Origin: Candidatus Moraniibacteriota bacterium
GTDB taxonomy: Bacteria > Patescibacteriota > Minisyncoccia > Moranbacterales > JAPLXC01
Length of the DNA: 64,000 nt
Assembly (NCBI GenBank): GCA_026396275.1
Contig: JAPLXC010000004.1
Coordinates: forward strand, 1,193 to 65,192
Reading direction: 5' to 3'
Made by a program: the position numbers and the translations under genes
Part shown: positions 49,244 through 59,433 of the stretch, piece by piece
How positions within the stretch are numbered: the stretch's first letter is position 1
Layout of the letters: every line of letters begins with the position of its first letter
Notes under the pieces: generated by a model
The model's input: only the letters and a program-made list of their open reading frames with translations
The model's database searches: none
Told to the model about the DNA's origin: nothing

Positions 49244-49570
49244 CTAACATCGAAATCCGTTGAACCAGAAATTTAACATACGCCATGCCATTTGTATAAT
49301 GATACCAATTACGAAAAGTATAGCAAAAAAAGCATATGCAAGTGGATAAACTAAGAAGAAAACCCATTTTGATGATTTAAAATCTGATTCTGAAAATTCC
49401 TTTTTTTGGCTTTCTCGTAAGCGATCCACATATCTTTCTGGTTTTCCTGATTCTTTCCAAGAAGCAAATACATGTGCTACTGGGAATGCCCATCTTGCAT
49501 AAAAACCTACAGAAATAAGTCCGAGCAATAAATATGCAGGGATGATATATACAAACGGAATTCCTAACAT
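49244..49570 (-). CDS. Small 2-TM ORFan
   Basis: GTTCTTTA directly followed by GGAGG SD; hairpin at 49191-49222. Confidence 0.55.
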   Translation of the reverse strand: MLGIPFVYIIPAYLLLGLISVGFYARWAFPVAHVFASWKESGKPERYVDRLRESQKKEFSESDFKSSKWVFFLVYPLAYAFFAILFVIGIIIQMAWRMLNFWFNGFRC

Positions 49571-49642
49571 ATTGTCCTCCTAAAGAACTAGAATTTTGAA
49601 ATCTAACCTAGCAAGATTTCAATAGACAATAATAGCATACCC

Positions 49643-50857
49643 ATGCAAAAAAGTCAAGCCCGTAAAGATGCTTCGCATCCATGGGCCAAGGAATTAAAAG
49701 TAGCTCTTATTCACGATTTTCTCCTTTACCCTGGCGGGGCGGAGAGGGTTTTGGAAGTGCTCGCGGAGATGTTTCCGGAAGCGCCTATTTATACGTTACT
49801 TTATGATCCGGAAAAAATGAGGGGGAAGTTTTCCGGTAAGGACATTCGCGTTTCATATCTCCAGAAATTTCCTAAGTTTTTACGCAAACGCTACCAGTGG
49901 CTTCTGCCGCTTTTCCTGGTTGTTCCGGAAACGTTCGATCTTCGCGATTTTGATCTGGTAATATCGTCTTCCGGCGCCTGGTCAAAAGGAATTGTTACCA
50001 AGCTCAATACCATTCATATCGCCTACATTCACTCGCCGATGCGCTTTGTGTGGGACTATAACGAGCGGTACCTAAAAGAACAAGGACAAAAGAAAATCTG
50101 CTTATTAAAAAGGTTTATTTTAAGCTACGCCCGCCTCTGGGATCGCCTGGCAGCCGACCGGCCGGATTATTTGATCGCTAATTCGAAGTACACACAGGAA
50201 AGGATAAAAAAATATTACCGGCGTGAAAGCACGGTTATTTACCCGCCGGCATATATTGATGTCGTTGCGAGAAGCGAAGCGGCGCGGCAATCTCGTTCAA
50301 ATAAGGATAGTGTTATTACTCCGGGGTCCCTCGATTTTGCTCGGGACGAAGAGAAATTCTTTCTCGTCGTTTCCCGTCTCTCTCCCTACAAAAAAGTTGA
50401 CGTTGCGGTCGAGGCCTTCAATAAACTAGAACTGCCTTTAGTTGTTATTGGAGAAGGGAAGCAGGAAAAGTACCTGAAGCTAATCGCTCGAGGAAATATT
50501 CAGATACTGGGCTGGCAGAATGATGAAACAGTAGAGCGTTATTATTCAGGTGCCCGGGCTTTTATATTTCCCGCCGAAGACGACTTTGGCATTACGATGG
50601 TTGAAGCAATGAGTCATGGTATTCCAGTAATTGCCTATGGCAAGGGCGGGGCAATAGAGATAGTTCAAGAGGCAGTTACCGGAGAGTTTTTTCATGCCCA
50701 AACGCCGGAAGTTCTGGCTGACGGAGTGAGAAGATTTATGGAGAAGGAAAAAAAATATGATAAGGAAAAGATAAGAAAAAAAGCGGAGGAATTCAGTAAG
50801 GAGAAATTTAAGAAAGAGTTCAGGGAGTTTGTAAATCATATAACATATAACGTATAA
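49643..50857 (+). CDS. GT4 glycosyltransferase
   Basis: HDFL...GGAERVL, SRL.PYK, EDDFGI..VEA. Confidence 0.9.
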   Translation: MQKSQARKDASHPWAKELKVALIHDFLLYPGGAERVLEVLAEMFPEAPIYTLLYDPEKMRGKFSGKDIRVSYLQKFPKFLRKRYQWLLPLFLVVPETFDLRDFDLVISSSGAWSKGIVTKLNTIHIAYIHSPMRFVWDYNERYLKEQGQKKICLLKRFILSYARLWDRLAADRPDYLIANSKYTQERIKKYYRRESTVIYPPAYIDVVARSEAARQSRSNKDSVITPGSLDFARDEEKFFLVVSRLSPYKKVDVAVEAFNKLELPLVVIGEGKQEKYLKLIARGNIQILGWQNDETVERYYSGARAFIFPAEDDFGITMVEAMSHGIPVIAYGKGGAIEIVQEAVTGEFFHAQTPEVLADGVRRFMEKEKKYDKEKIRKKAEEFSKEKFKKEFREFVNHITYNV

Positions 50858-50890
50858 CCTTTTTGTTTTATGTTATATGTTTCATGCTTT

Positions 50891-51811
50891 ATGAATATAA
50901 TTGGCCATCAAAAAATACTAAATTTACTGGATCGAAGCTTAAAGCGGGACAGTATTTCCCAGGCCTATCTTTTTGCCGGCCCAGAGTCAGTAGGGAAATT
51001 TACCATTGCCCAGGAATTTGCCAAAAGCGCAATTAACGGAACTGATTTTATCTCATCAGTCAGCCGTAAAAGAGATGAAAAAAGCCGACCCCTTTTAGAT
51101 TTAATAATCGTGGAACCCGAGAAAGAAGAAAAAAGGGGAATTACAAAGGAAAAGGAAATAAAAATAGAGCAAATACGGAAAGCCCGGAAAAACCTTCTGC
51201 TTTTTCCTTTTCAGAGAAAATATAAAGTGTTAATCGTAGACAATGCGCACCGAATGAATGAAGCATCCCAAAACGCGTTGCTGAAAATTTTGGAAGAACC
51301 CAACTCCACCTCCGTTATTATTTTAGTCACCCATGATGAATCAAGAATTCTGCCCACGCTTAAATCGAGATGTCAAAAAATATTATTTTCCCTCGTCAGT
51401 GAAGAAAAAATAAAAAAAGGTCTTGAGAAAAAAGGAATGCTGGTTAGCAACGAGCTTATTTCCTTGTCTCTCGGTCGTCCCGGAATAGCTCTGACTATCA
51501 GCGATAAAAGGGAAGAGTTTCTTTTGAGGCAGGAAGCATTGGAACAGCTCCAGGGCCTTCCGGCGCAAAGCTTAAACCAGCGGCTGGAAATGGCGGAAGA
51601 ATTGTCAAAAAACATAGTTAAGACGGCAAAAAAATTAGAGCTGTGGATCTGGATAACGCGTTTGCAGGGACTGAAAGAATTTCAGCGGAAGGAGCAATCC
51701 GGCCAGAAGAATTTCAGCCGGGCTGAACTAATTGAAAAAAGCCTTTCTGTTCTTCAGCAGACCAATGCCAATAGCCGTCTGGTGCTGGAGAATTTATTAA
51801 TAAATCTTTGA
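50891..51811 (+). CDS. holB: DNA polymerase III delta' subunit
   Basis: YLFAGP..VGK, QNALLK.LEEP, LPTLKSRC; start moved to 50891. Confidence 0.9.
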   Translation: MNIIGHQKILNLLDRSLKRDSISQAYLFAGPESVGKFTIAQEFAKSAINGTDFISSVSRKRDEKSRPLLDLIIVEPEKEEKRGITKEKEIKIEQIRKARKNLLLFPFQRKYKVLIVDNAHRMNEASQNALLKILEEPNSTSVIILVTHDESRILPTLKSRCQKILFSLVSEEKIKKGLEKKGMLVSNELISLSLGRPGIALTISDKREEFLLRQEALEQLQGLPAQSLNQRLEMAEELSKNIVKTAKKLELWIWITRLQGLKEFQRKEQSGQKNFSRAELIEKSLSVLQQTNANSRLVLENLLINL

Positions 51812-51812
51812 A

Positions 51813-52742
51813 ATGGTCTTTTGGAGAAATAGAAAAAAAGATTCAAAAAAAATCCTTCTGCGCAAAAGCACTCGAGAGTTTCCGCGCCGCTCTTTCGATG
51901 ACCCACCCCGATTTTTAAAAGTGCTTTATTATATTTTGCTGATGCTGTTTTTGGGGGTAACAGTATATGTTTTCTTTTTTTCTTCCTTTCTTCAAGTAAA
52001 GTCGTTCGCAATAAAGGGAATAAAAAGTTTGCCTTCCGAGGAAGTCCTGAGAAAAATAACTTCTCCGCTGGAGGGGAATTATCTGGGGTTTGTTCCCAGG
52101 AATAATTTGGTCTTGATTTCTGAAGAAAAACTGAAAAGTGATCTCTCGCGCCAGTTTCGAAGGATTAAATCAGTGGAAATCAAAAAGTCCTTTCCCGATC
52201 TTTTAGCAATAAACATTGAAGAGAGGGTATCACTAGTTCTCTGGTGCTCGGGAGGCCCCTGCTATCTAGTTGACGAACAGGGATACGCCTATAATAATGC
52301 TGACCTCGATTCTCCGGAAGTAACCCAGAATAATTTAATCCGGCTGGTTGATATAAGTGCCCAGCCAGTAAACATCGGCGAACGCTTGCTCAGTAGCGAG
52401 TATCTGAATTTTGTGATTGCCGCCAGAGAAGCCCTTAAGAAAGAGTTAGGTATAGAGCTATCCGATGAGTTTCAAACAAGATCGCGTTTTGCGGAAGAAA
52501 TTCAGATTGAGACATCCGAGGGCTGGAAGGCATATCTTTCCAGTCAGCTGCCTCTTAATCAGTCGGTAAGGACGCTCAAAACCTTTCTGGAGGAAGAAGT
52601 TGATTCATCAAAACGCGGCCGCTTGGAATACGTGGATTTGCGGGTGAATAATAAAGTTTATTATAAAATGAAAGAAGAAGATAAAAGTCAAAATGTTTCG
52701 GAGGATAAATCAGAGGATAAGAAAGGAAAATCCGAGGAGTGA
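51813..52742 (+). CDS. ftsQ: FtsQ/DivIB-like protein
   Basis: TM + POTRA (K.FPD.L.I.IEER), LEYVDLR..NKVYY. Confidence 0.75.
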   Translation: MVFWRNRKKDSKKILLRKSTREFPRRSFDDPPRFLKVLYYILLMLFLGVTVYVFFFSSFLQVKSFAIKGIKSLPSEEVLRKITSPLEGNYLGFVPRNNLVLISEEKLKSDLSRQFRRIKSVEIKKSFPDLLAINIEERVSLVLWCSGGPCYLVDEQGYAYNNADLDSPEVTQNNLIRLVDISAQPVNIGERLLSSEYLNFVIAAREALKKELGIELSDEFQTRSRFAEEIQIETSEGWKAYLSSQLPLNQSVRTLKTFLEEEVDSSKRGRLEYVDLRVNNKVYYKMKEEDKSQNVSEDKSEDKKGKSEE

Positions 52743-52780
52743 GTAATAAAGTTTCCTAAAGTTGAACTTTAGAATTTACT

Positions 52781-54598
52781 TTACTTTGCCGGAATGTAAT
52801 AGATGAAAATTGAGTCGCCGGCCCGGGCGTAAGGCGAATATGACTTCAGCCACTCGTAGCTTTTTTCTCCCGGCTGTTTTGCCTTGCTGATGTTTTCCAT
52901 CAAGAAACCGGCGGAGATGGCGTACCATCCTGCTTCGGGATTATTACCGGAATGCCAGGGGATAAAAGCGTTGCCAAAATAATAGCCGGGATTCGATCCG
53001 CCGAAGTAATCAATGCGGATTTTGCTGATGGGGTCTTGCGGATGTGATTGATTGTAATCGCTGACCCAATTCCGCAGCCGCTTCAGATCCTGCCCCCAGT
53101 CAGCGTTTGAATCCGTGACGTACTTATATCCATTCTTCGGTCCTCCCACCAGTTGGTTAAAATAAGAAAGATAGCTGGGAAAGAATATTAACGGTTCCAA
53201 TACAATCCAGATTACCAATCCCGCCAGGATTATTTTGAAGGTCTTTTTGGTTGTTTCGGAGTTGGCGCTTTTGATCCAATCAAATACTTTTTTGGAGACC
53301 AGAACATAGGCAAAGGGAAGAATGGGAAATAAATGGCGAAAACCAATATTAAGATTGCCGGTAATGCTAAGGTAGACATAGAGAGCGATAAAAGCCAGCA
53401 TTGTGTAATAGGCGACTCCGGTTTGCAGATAAAATTTAATTGTTCCTCCGATTTTTGCCAATATATTACCCGGGTAGGAAAATATGTTTTTTACGGTCTG
53501 AAAAATAGCTAAACCCGCCGCAGCCAGGAGAAGCAGAAGGAAAGGAATTGTTTCTTTAATAAGAAATACTACGGGGAAGTAAGCCGGGGAAGCATGATTG
53601 GAAACATTTCCCAGGAAGTAATAAGTATTGCCTCCTTCCACGCGCACAAAGACCATAAAGACGCCCAGAAAATATTCACTCAAGGGCTTGAGAAAAGAAA
53701 TAGCGCTCATTTTAATAACAATGGATTTAGAAATAATTCCCATTCCGGAATCGGAAAAAACTGCTTTGGAAATATCCTGGACTTTTTCAGCCGGCATATT
53801 AAAGGTGTTGTAAAAGTACACAATCCAAATTATTGCGAAGCAGATGATAATAATAAGCATATACTTCCCAACGTACTCCCAAATTTTTGCCCAGCGGAAT
53901 CGAGAGTCGCTTCTCTGGTCGAAACCCGGCTTCTTTTTCGCCAGCGCGTAGGTGATTGCAATGATTCCAAAAACAGGAAAGAGGAGAACGCCGGAAAACT
54001 TGGCCAGTTCCGCCAGAGCCAGGAATACGCCGGCCAGCACGGTGTTTTTCCAGTTCGGGTTTTTGACGAATTTTACGAAGAAGTAAAAAGCGATAAAAAT
54101 AAAAGCAGCGATTCCAATATCCGTGGTAACGTAATGATTGTGGCCCAGAATGTTGGGGTCAAAAGCGTAAAGAACAAGGGCAAAAAGTCCGGCGGCGGTT
54201 CCGGCCAGTTCTTTCGTCCAGCGGAAGATGAAAAATCCCAAAAGCAATGCAACCAGCAAAATCGGAACCCGCGACCAAAAAGTAATCGCGTCAGCGTTAT
54301 TTTGATGGATGAATTTATTTCCTAGATTCCATTGCTCGTTGACACCGCTCATCCAAGCCGGATCATCAGTCGGGAACTTGACGTTGAGAAAAAGCAAAGG
54401 AATGCCGGCCAGATCCTTGAGAAGGGGCGGATGTTCGGGGTTAAGCCGCATGTCGTTGTATTTCACGTAGGTGTAAGCTGAGGGAATATGCGCCTGTTCA
54501 TCCATTGTTGTTGACTCCTGGGAAAAAACTATCAGGGAAACGGCAAAAAACCAGCCGAGAATTGCCAAAACAATGAAGGTGGAATATTTTTTAAGCAT
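52781..54598 (-). CDS. GT-C (PMT/ArnT-like) glycosyltransferase
   Basis: DE..H, NPEHPPL, multi-TM, DSN.DWGQDL. Confidence 0.8.
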   Translation of the reverse strand: MLKKYSTFIVLAILGWFFAVSLIVFSQESTTMDEQAHIPSAYTYVKYNDMRLNPEHPPLLKDLAGIPLLFLNVKFPTDDPAWMSGVNEQWNLGNKFIHQNNADAITFWSRVPILLVALLLGFFIFRWTKELAGTAAGLFALVLYAFDPNILGHNHYVTTDIGIAAFIFIAFYFFVKFVKNPNWKNTVLAGVFLALAELAKFSGVLLFPVFGIIAITYALAKKKPGFDQRSDSRFRWAKIWEYVGKYMLIIIICFAIIWIVYFYNTFNMPAEKVQDISKAVFSDSGMGIISKSIVIKMSAISFLKPLSEYFLGVFMVFVRVEGGNTYYFLGNVSNHASPAYFPVVFLIKETIPFLLLLLAAAGLAIFQTVKNIFSYPGNILAKIGGTIKFYLQTGVAYYTMLAFIALYVYLSITGNLNIGFRHLFPILPFAYVLVSKKVFDWIKSANSETTKKTFKIILAGLVIWIVLEPLIFFPSYLSYFNQLVGGPKNGYKYVTDSNADWGQDLKRLRNWVSDYNQSHPQDPISKIRIDYFGGSNPGYYFGNAFIPWHSGNNPEAGWYAISAGFLMENISKAKQPGEKSYEWLKSYSPYARAGDSIFIYYIPAK

Positions 54599-54613
54599 AG
54601 TGGTTTGGTAATT

Positions 54614-56212
54614 TTAATTTATAATTACGGCTATAAAATCCGAAGGATAGCCGGGTCTTGAGTCAATTTTTTCCACTTTGGCGTTAGGATAAAATGTTTT
54701 CAGCCGGTCAATAACACCTTGATTGTAGCCCATAAGGATAATAACCATAGGTTTTTCAAGCACAATATCAGAACCGCGTTTTAAAAATATCACTTCTCCT
54801 GCCTTCCGGTAGGTCAGGTATTTAATCACATGAGCGCTGATAGGAAGACCGTCTTCCATAATCTTGCCGCTTCCGTTGACGAAAACATATTTGTGAATGG
54901 AAGCCGGGGTGCTATTGAGGTAAAGCGACATATTTTTCAGGTTTTCATTAAACTGTCCGTGCTGTTCCGGCCGGTGATTCCAAAATACGAAATATTTAAT
55001 TGTCTCGGTGGCGCCTATAGAGATAAAAGCGATGGCAAGGAGAGAAATGACAGAGAGTTTGAAAAAGTATCCTGCCCGTCCTGCTCTTCCCAAAACCCAC
55101 AGGATGGAGATGGTGGCAATGATAAAAACCACCGGCATTGTTCCAATTGAACGCAAAGCATGAGGAAGCCCTTCAGCAGTGAGAAACTCCGGCATAAGCA
55201 TCACCACAAACCAGGCCAAAAGAAAAAGATAAATCTCAAATTTTTTGTCCCGGACACCGTGACGGAAACGCAAAATGAGAAGGTGCGCGGTCTTTATCAC
55301 CAGATATATCAGCCCGGTTAGGAAGAAAAATCCCGCAATCGGATTAAGAATGGGATAAGGCGGGTAATTATGCCGCCAGTTCTGGTCGCCCCAGAAATTG
55401 TATTTTATCAAACTTAATCCCAAACTTTTTCCCAGTGTTTCGAAAAGATGCCCTTTGTTGACTTCGGAGGAAAACACCGAAATGCTGCCGGAGCGGGACT
55501 GAAAATGTTCCGGGTGTTTGACAAAATCGTAAAGCATGGGAGAAACCACAACCAAAATGGCAATAGCAAAAACAATAATTGGCTTCCAATTTTCCTTAAG
55601 AAAATTTTTCCGGTTGATAAGAAGAATTATAAAGAGTGATACCAAAATAAGAGGAGCAATCCGAAAGGCGATATAAGTGTGGAATCCCAGTCCGAAAATA
55701 AGACCGGCTAAAATAAAATTTAAATAATGTTTCGTCCGCAGGCCGCGGAAGAGGAAATAAAAAGAGAAAGTGAGTAAAAAAGGGACCATAATTGCCCGGA
55801 AAGAAATGCGGGAAAAATTAATGGCCCAAAAGGAGAAGGCCAGAAGATACGCGGCAATCAGCCCCGATCGGGTGCTGCGAAACAGCTCCTTTGTCAGAAG
55901 ATAGATTCCTAAAACGGTTAGTGTTCCGAAAAGAATTGACCAAAACTTAATCCCCAGTATGGTATTCCCGAATATTTTAATGGAAAAGGAGATAAGGTTC
56001 ATAAATAATCCCTCCCGGCCATAGTTGTTGGTGTAAAAAATTTTGTAATCGCCGGTTTCATTGGCTAAAATCGCATCGGTGCCGTTCACTGATTCGTCGG
56101 GATAAATGCCGGCCGGGATACTGTCGATTTTATAAATTCGCAAAAACAGGGCAGTCAAAACTATCGCTGAAATCAATATCGCGTTGGCAATTTTTTCATT
56201 TCTGTTTTTCAT
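54614..56212 (-). CDS. GT-C (PMT/ArnT-like) glycosyltransferase
   Basis: LRIY....P.G...DE, multi-TM, PHALRS. Confidence 0.8.
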   Translation of the reverse strand: MKNRNEKIANAILISAIVLTALFLRIYKIDSIPAGIYPDESVNGTDAILANETGDYKIFYTNNYGREGLFMNLISFSIKIFGNTILGIKFWSILFGTLTVLGIYLLTKELFRSTRSGLIAAYLLAFSFWAINFSRISFRAIMVPFLLTFSFYFLFRGLRTKHYLNFILAGLIFGLGFHTYIAFRIAPLILVSLFIILLINRKNFLKENWKPIIVFAIAILVVVSPMLYDFVKHPEHFQSRSGSISVFSSEVNKGHLFETLGKSLGLSLIKYNFWGDQNWRHNYPPYPILNPIAGFFFLTGLIYLVIKTAHLLILRFRHGVRDKKFEIYLFLLAWFVVMLMPEFLTAEGLPHALRSIGTMPVVFIIATISILWVLGRAGRAGYFFKLSVISLLAIAFISIGATETIKYFVFWNHRPEQHGQFNENLKNMSLYLNSTPASIHKYVFVNGSGKIMEDGLPISAHVIKYLTYRKAGEVIFLKRGSDIVLEKPMVIILMGYNQGVIDRLKTFYPNAKVEKIDSRPGYPSDFIAVIIN

Positions 56213-56510
56213 TGGTTTGTGTTTTTAGCCGTGTTTCTCCGCCTACGCAGAAGACCGCGGACATGAGACCGGGGATGAATGTTATATAACTCTTCTGCTT
56301 CGACGGATTTCACTCCGCCGAAGAAAAAGGCAATACCGGATGCGCAAGTTTGCGGAGATTCATTTTCCTACTCCATTATAGCATAAATTTCTGATTATTT
56401 GGTTATGCACACGCATTCATCGCGAAGCGCTTTTGTGGTATAATTGAATCAAACAAACGAAGTAAGATTTAAGCCAATAGAGACCTGGTCTCTCTTTTGG
56501 GATTTGAAAA

Positions 56511-59402
56511 ATGAAAGATAAAGGAAATATTATTAATGTATATTCGAGCGATCAAGGAAAAAACAGGCCCCGTCTTTTCGACATGCTTAAGGAAAATTCC
56601 GGTTCTGGTGAGAAAATAACTAGTGAGGAGAAAAAATTACCTGAAAAAAGCGTTGGGGCAACTTCAGGTTCGGAATTTAAACCGCTGGAGAAGCCAAGCG
56701 GAATTGATTCCGAAAAGGGGATAGAAAGTGAACAGCTAAAAGCCGTTCCGGAAAAACCGTTTGATGAGAAGCAAAAAGAGCGGCTGCTTAGTAAGGAAAA
56801 TAAAATATTTTTAGATGATTTTAAAGAAAAGATTGAAAAAGGAATCCTGAAAAAACTTAACAAATCGGATGAGAAAGAAAATGAAAAATTGGAAGCTAAA
56901 AAAATTAGTAAAGCGCTAGAAACCCTTTCTGTACTCAATAAAGGCAGAACATTAGCAATCGAGAGAGGTGATAATTGGTCAGATATTAATATTCGCAAGA
57001 CGCAACCGGATGAGGTTGAGGAATTAAGTCCAGAAGGATTAAAATTAGTTCTGTCCAAAGAAGAAGAATACAATGCAGGACTAAGAAAATTAAGTGAAAA
57101 AAAGGAAAAAGAAAAAGAATTAACAAAAAGGGATAAGGGAAAGAAAGAAGGAAAGAAAATAACTTTCAAAACAAAAAAAGAAACTAAGCAAGTTAAAGAA
57201 GAAAAAACCGAACTGTTAAAGAGTTCTATTGTTGTGGCCCTAGAAAAAACTAGCGGAATGCCGCAGGAGAGTATTAAGAAGGAGAAAGAAGCTGATAAGG
57301 AAACACCAGAAACATCTACAGCGAAGGAAGATATAAGCGCTGAAGACGCAAAAAAACGCAACGAGGAATATATCCGCAAGCACCGGGAGGAAATGAAAGA
57401 TTATCACCCTCGTATGAAGGCGGAAGAGGTTGAAAGAAAAAGAGCGGAAAAAGCCCAGAAAGAAATTGAAGCTACAGAATCAGATAAAGAAAAGGCGAAG
57501 CGCGAGTACAAAGAAACGCAGGAAAGGCAGGAAAAATTAAGGCAATCAAAAGAAGAACTAGATCAAGCCCGCCCCGACTATGCCGAGATGGATTATAAAA
57601 AAAGAAAATTATGGATGAATGTGAGAAATTATTTCGGCAATATTATCGGGAAGGGTTGGAAAAGCAGATTTAGGAATGACATAGAAACTGAAAAGGCAAA
57701 AGATTCAAGCGGCGAAGAAAGGGAAGTTATCAAAGACGAGGATGTCGCCTATATGGAAGCGATCTATTACAACAAGCTCTTTAACTACAAAAACGCAGTT
57801 TTGGAAGATATTCGGGAGCGGGGACTTTCCGGAGAAGAAATTAAAAAAGAATTGGCCAAAGAAATACTCTTTTTAGATCACGATGAACCGCTTAATTTAT
57901 GCAATGCCCGCACGCAGGCCAGAACTGAATATCTAAAGCAGGATAAAAGTTTGTTTCATCTAGCGGAAATGACAATTACCAGATTCCTTAATTTCTACAA
58001 CAAGCTCCCGCGCAAAACAAAATGGGCAATCACCGCCGGAGTGTGGGCAAGCGGATCAGCAGCTTTAATTGGCGGAAAAAGGATTTTAGCCGGCCTCATA
58101 ATGGGTGCGGGAACAGCGCAATTTTTAGATGTCGTAGAAAGACAACTTGACTTTCGAAAGTCCCGCAGGGAAACAGAGAAGATGCTAGCGGGATTTGAAG
58201 GAAGAGATGACCAACTGAAGGATTTGGATAAGATTCTTAAAGAAAAAATTTTTCAGTCCGATGCCAAGTTTCAGCGCCGCAAATGGCTGTCATTCTATAA
58301 TAGAGCAGTGGGAACGCTAGTCGCGACTGCAATTTGCTCCGGCGCTATGGCGGAAATTACTCACTGGCTTTCGGAAAAACTGGGACTGGCTGTTCCCGAA
58401 AAACTTCCTTCAGAAGAAAAAGTAACAGCGCCGGAAGGGGCAATAGCACCGGAAGAAACGCCAGCGGAAGTTGTGTCACCGGTGGAACTGGCGGTGGAAA
58501 AGGGAAGCAGTTTGGAGGGGTCAATAATAAATTATCTTGAGCAAAATCCGGATTTAATGGAAAAGTATCAAGGACTTCATGGCGGGCGGGAATTTAATTC
58601 CGGGCAAATCGCCCACCGGATGGCGCTGGAGTGGGCAAAGGATAACCCGAATTTCCCCGAAGGGCCGCCGAGTTTAATCCATCCGGATACTAAAATAACC
58701 ATTGATCCGGAGAATTTAAAGATAATAAATGTTGAAGACCCGCAAGACCTCGGATATTTGCCGGAAAAAGAGGAGTTGGCAGGAAGCGTGCGAGAAAAGA
58801 TAGCTGAAGAAATAAAAAAGCCAGAATTTGCCCGCGCGGTTGAACTTGAGCACGCGGGACTGCGCGAATCCCCGGGTGATTTTGCGGCGGAAATTGACGA
58901 GTTGAACCAAAGCCAGATTGAAGAAGCGGAAAATCGTTTTTCTGAACTGGATCAGGATGTTAAAGAAGCTCAAGAAGATATTCTTCGCCGTTACGATACC
59001 AACTATGACGGGCGCTTGGATGACTGGGAAAAGCAAGACGGAGGCGCGGAGGCGGATCTTGAGCGAATTGAATCAATGGAGCAGCAGAAAGAAATGGAAG
59101 CGGGAAAAATAGAACAACTGGCAAATTCCATCGGTGATTTTAAGTCCAATGTGACGGCACTGCGTAAAGGACTCTCATTGGGTGATATCAATAACTGGAG
59201 CGCAATGAAGAATATGACATTTGAAAATGCGCAGGATACCATGGATATTTCTTTTCGCAAAAAACTTTCTTTGCTAGTCAAGTACTGCCGTGATGAACTC
59301 AAACTGGGAAATACCGCTCGCCCTCGATCCGAGGAGACACTGGAGGAATGGACCCGGAGAATTGCCCGGATTGCTCCGCCAATAAAAGATAAGGCATTTT
59401 AA
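56511..59402 (+). CDS. Large K/E-rich membrane protein with LysM-like and EF-hand-like motifs
   Basis: 963 aa; central hydrophobic helices; VEKGSSL...LIHPD; DTNYDGRLDDWE. Confidence 0.65.
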   Translation: MKDKGNIINVYSSDQGKNRPRLFDMLKENSGSGEKITSEEKKLPEKSVGATSGSEFKPLEKPSGIDSEKGIESEQLKAVPEKPFDEKQKERLLSKENKIFLDDFKEKIEKGILKKLNKSDEKENEKLEAKKISKALETLSVLNKGRTLAIERGDNWSDINIRKTQPDEVEELSPEGLKLVLSKEEEYNAGLRKLSEKKEKEKELTKRDKGKKEGKKITFKTKKETKQVKEEKTELLKSSIVVALEKTSGMPQESIKKEKEADKETPETSTAKEDISAEDAKKRNEEYIRKHREEMKDYHPRMKAEEVERKRAEKAQKEIEATESDKEKAKREYKETQERQEKLRQSKEELDQARPDYAEMDYKKRKLWMNVRNYFGNIIGKGWKSRFRNDIETEKAKDSSGEEREVIKDEDVAYMEAIYYNKLFNYKNAVLEDIRERGLSGEEIKKELAKEILFLDHDEPLNLCNARTQARTEYLKQDKSLFHLAEMTITRFLNFYNKLPRKTKWAITAGVWASGSAALIGGKRILAGLIMGAGTAQFLDVVERQLDFRKSRRETEKMLAGFEGRDDQLKDLDKILKEKIFQSDAKFQRRKWLSFYNRAVGTLVATAICSGAMAEITHWLSEKLGLAVPEKLPSEEKVTAPEGAIAPEETPAEVVSPVELAVEKGSSLEGSIINYLEQNPDLMEKYQGLHGGREFNSGQIAHRMALEWAKDNPNFPEGPPSLIHPDTKITIDPENLKIINVEDPQDLGYLPEKEELAGSVREKIAEEIKKPEFARAVELEHAGLRESPGDFAAEIDELNQSQIEEAENRFSELDQDVKEAQEDILRRYDTNYDGRLDDWEKQDGGAEADLERIESMEQQKEMEAGKIEQLANSIGDFKSNVTALRKGLSLGDINNWSAMKNMTFENAQDTMDISFRKKLSLLVKYCRDELKLGNTARPRSEETLEEWTRRIARIAPPIKDKAF

Positions 59403-59433
59403 TTAAAGTAATTTTTTTAATTTTTTAAAATTT

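Noticed and set aside
47897-50890. N-terminal peptides MFYALCF / MLYVSCF (also extensions on secE, rnc, miaA)
   Set aside because: Translated intergenic repeat arrays; downstream ATGs fit the families better
53594-54325. 243 aa plus-strand ORF and the many other short overlapping ORFs in the track
   Set aside because: Antisense or off-frame to well-supported genes, with no motifs or RBS
56552-57379. 275 aa minus-strand ORF
   Set aside because: S/F/L-rich antisense shadow of the K/E-rich plus-strand gene
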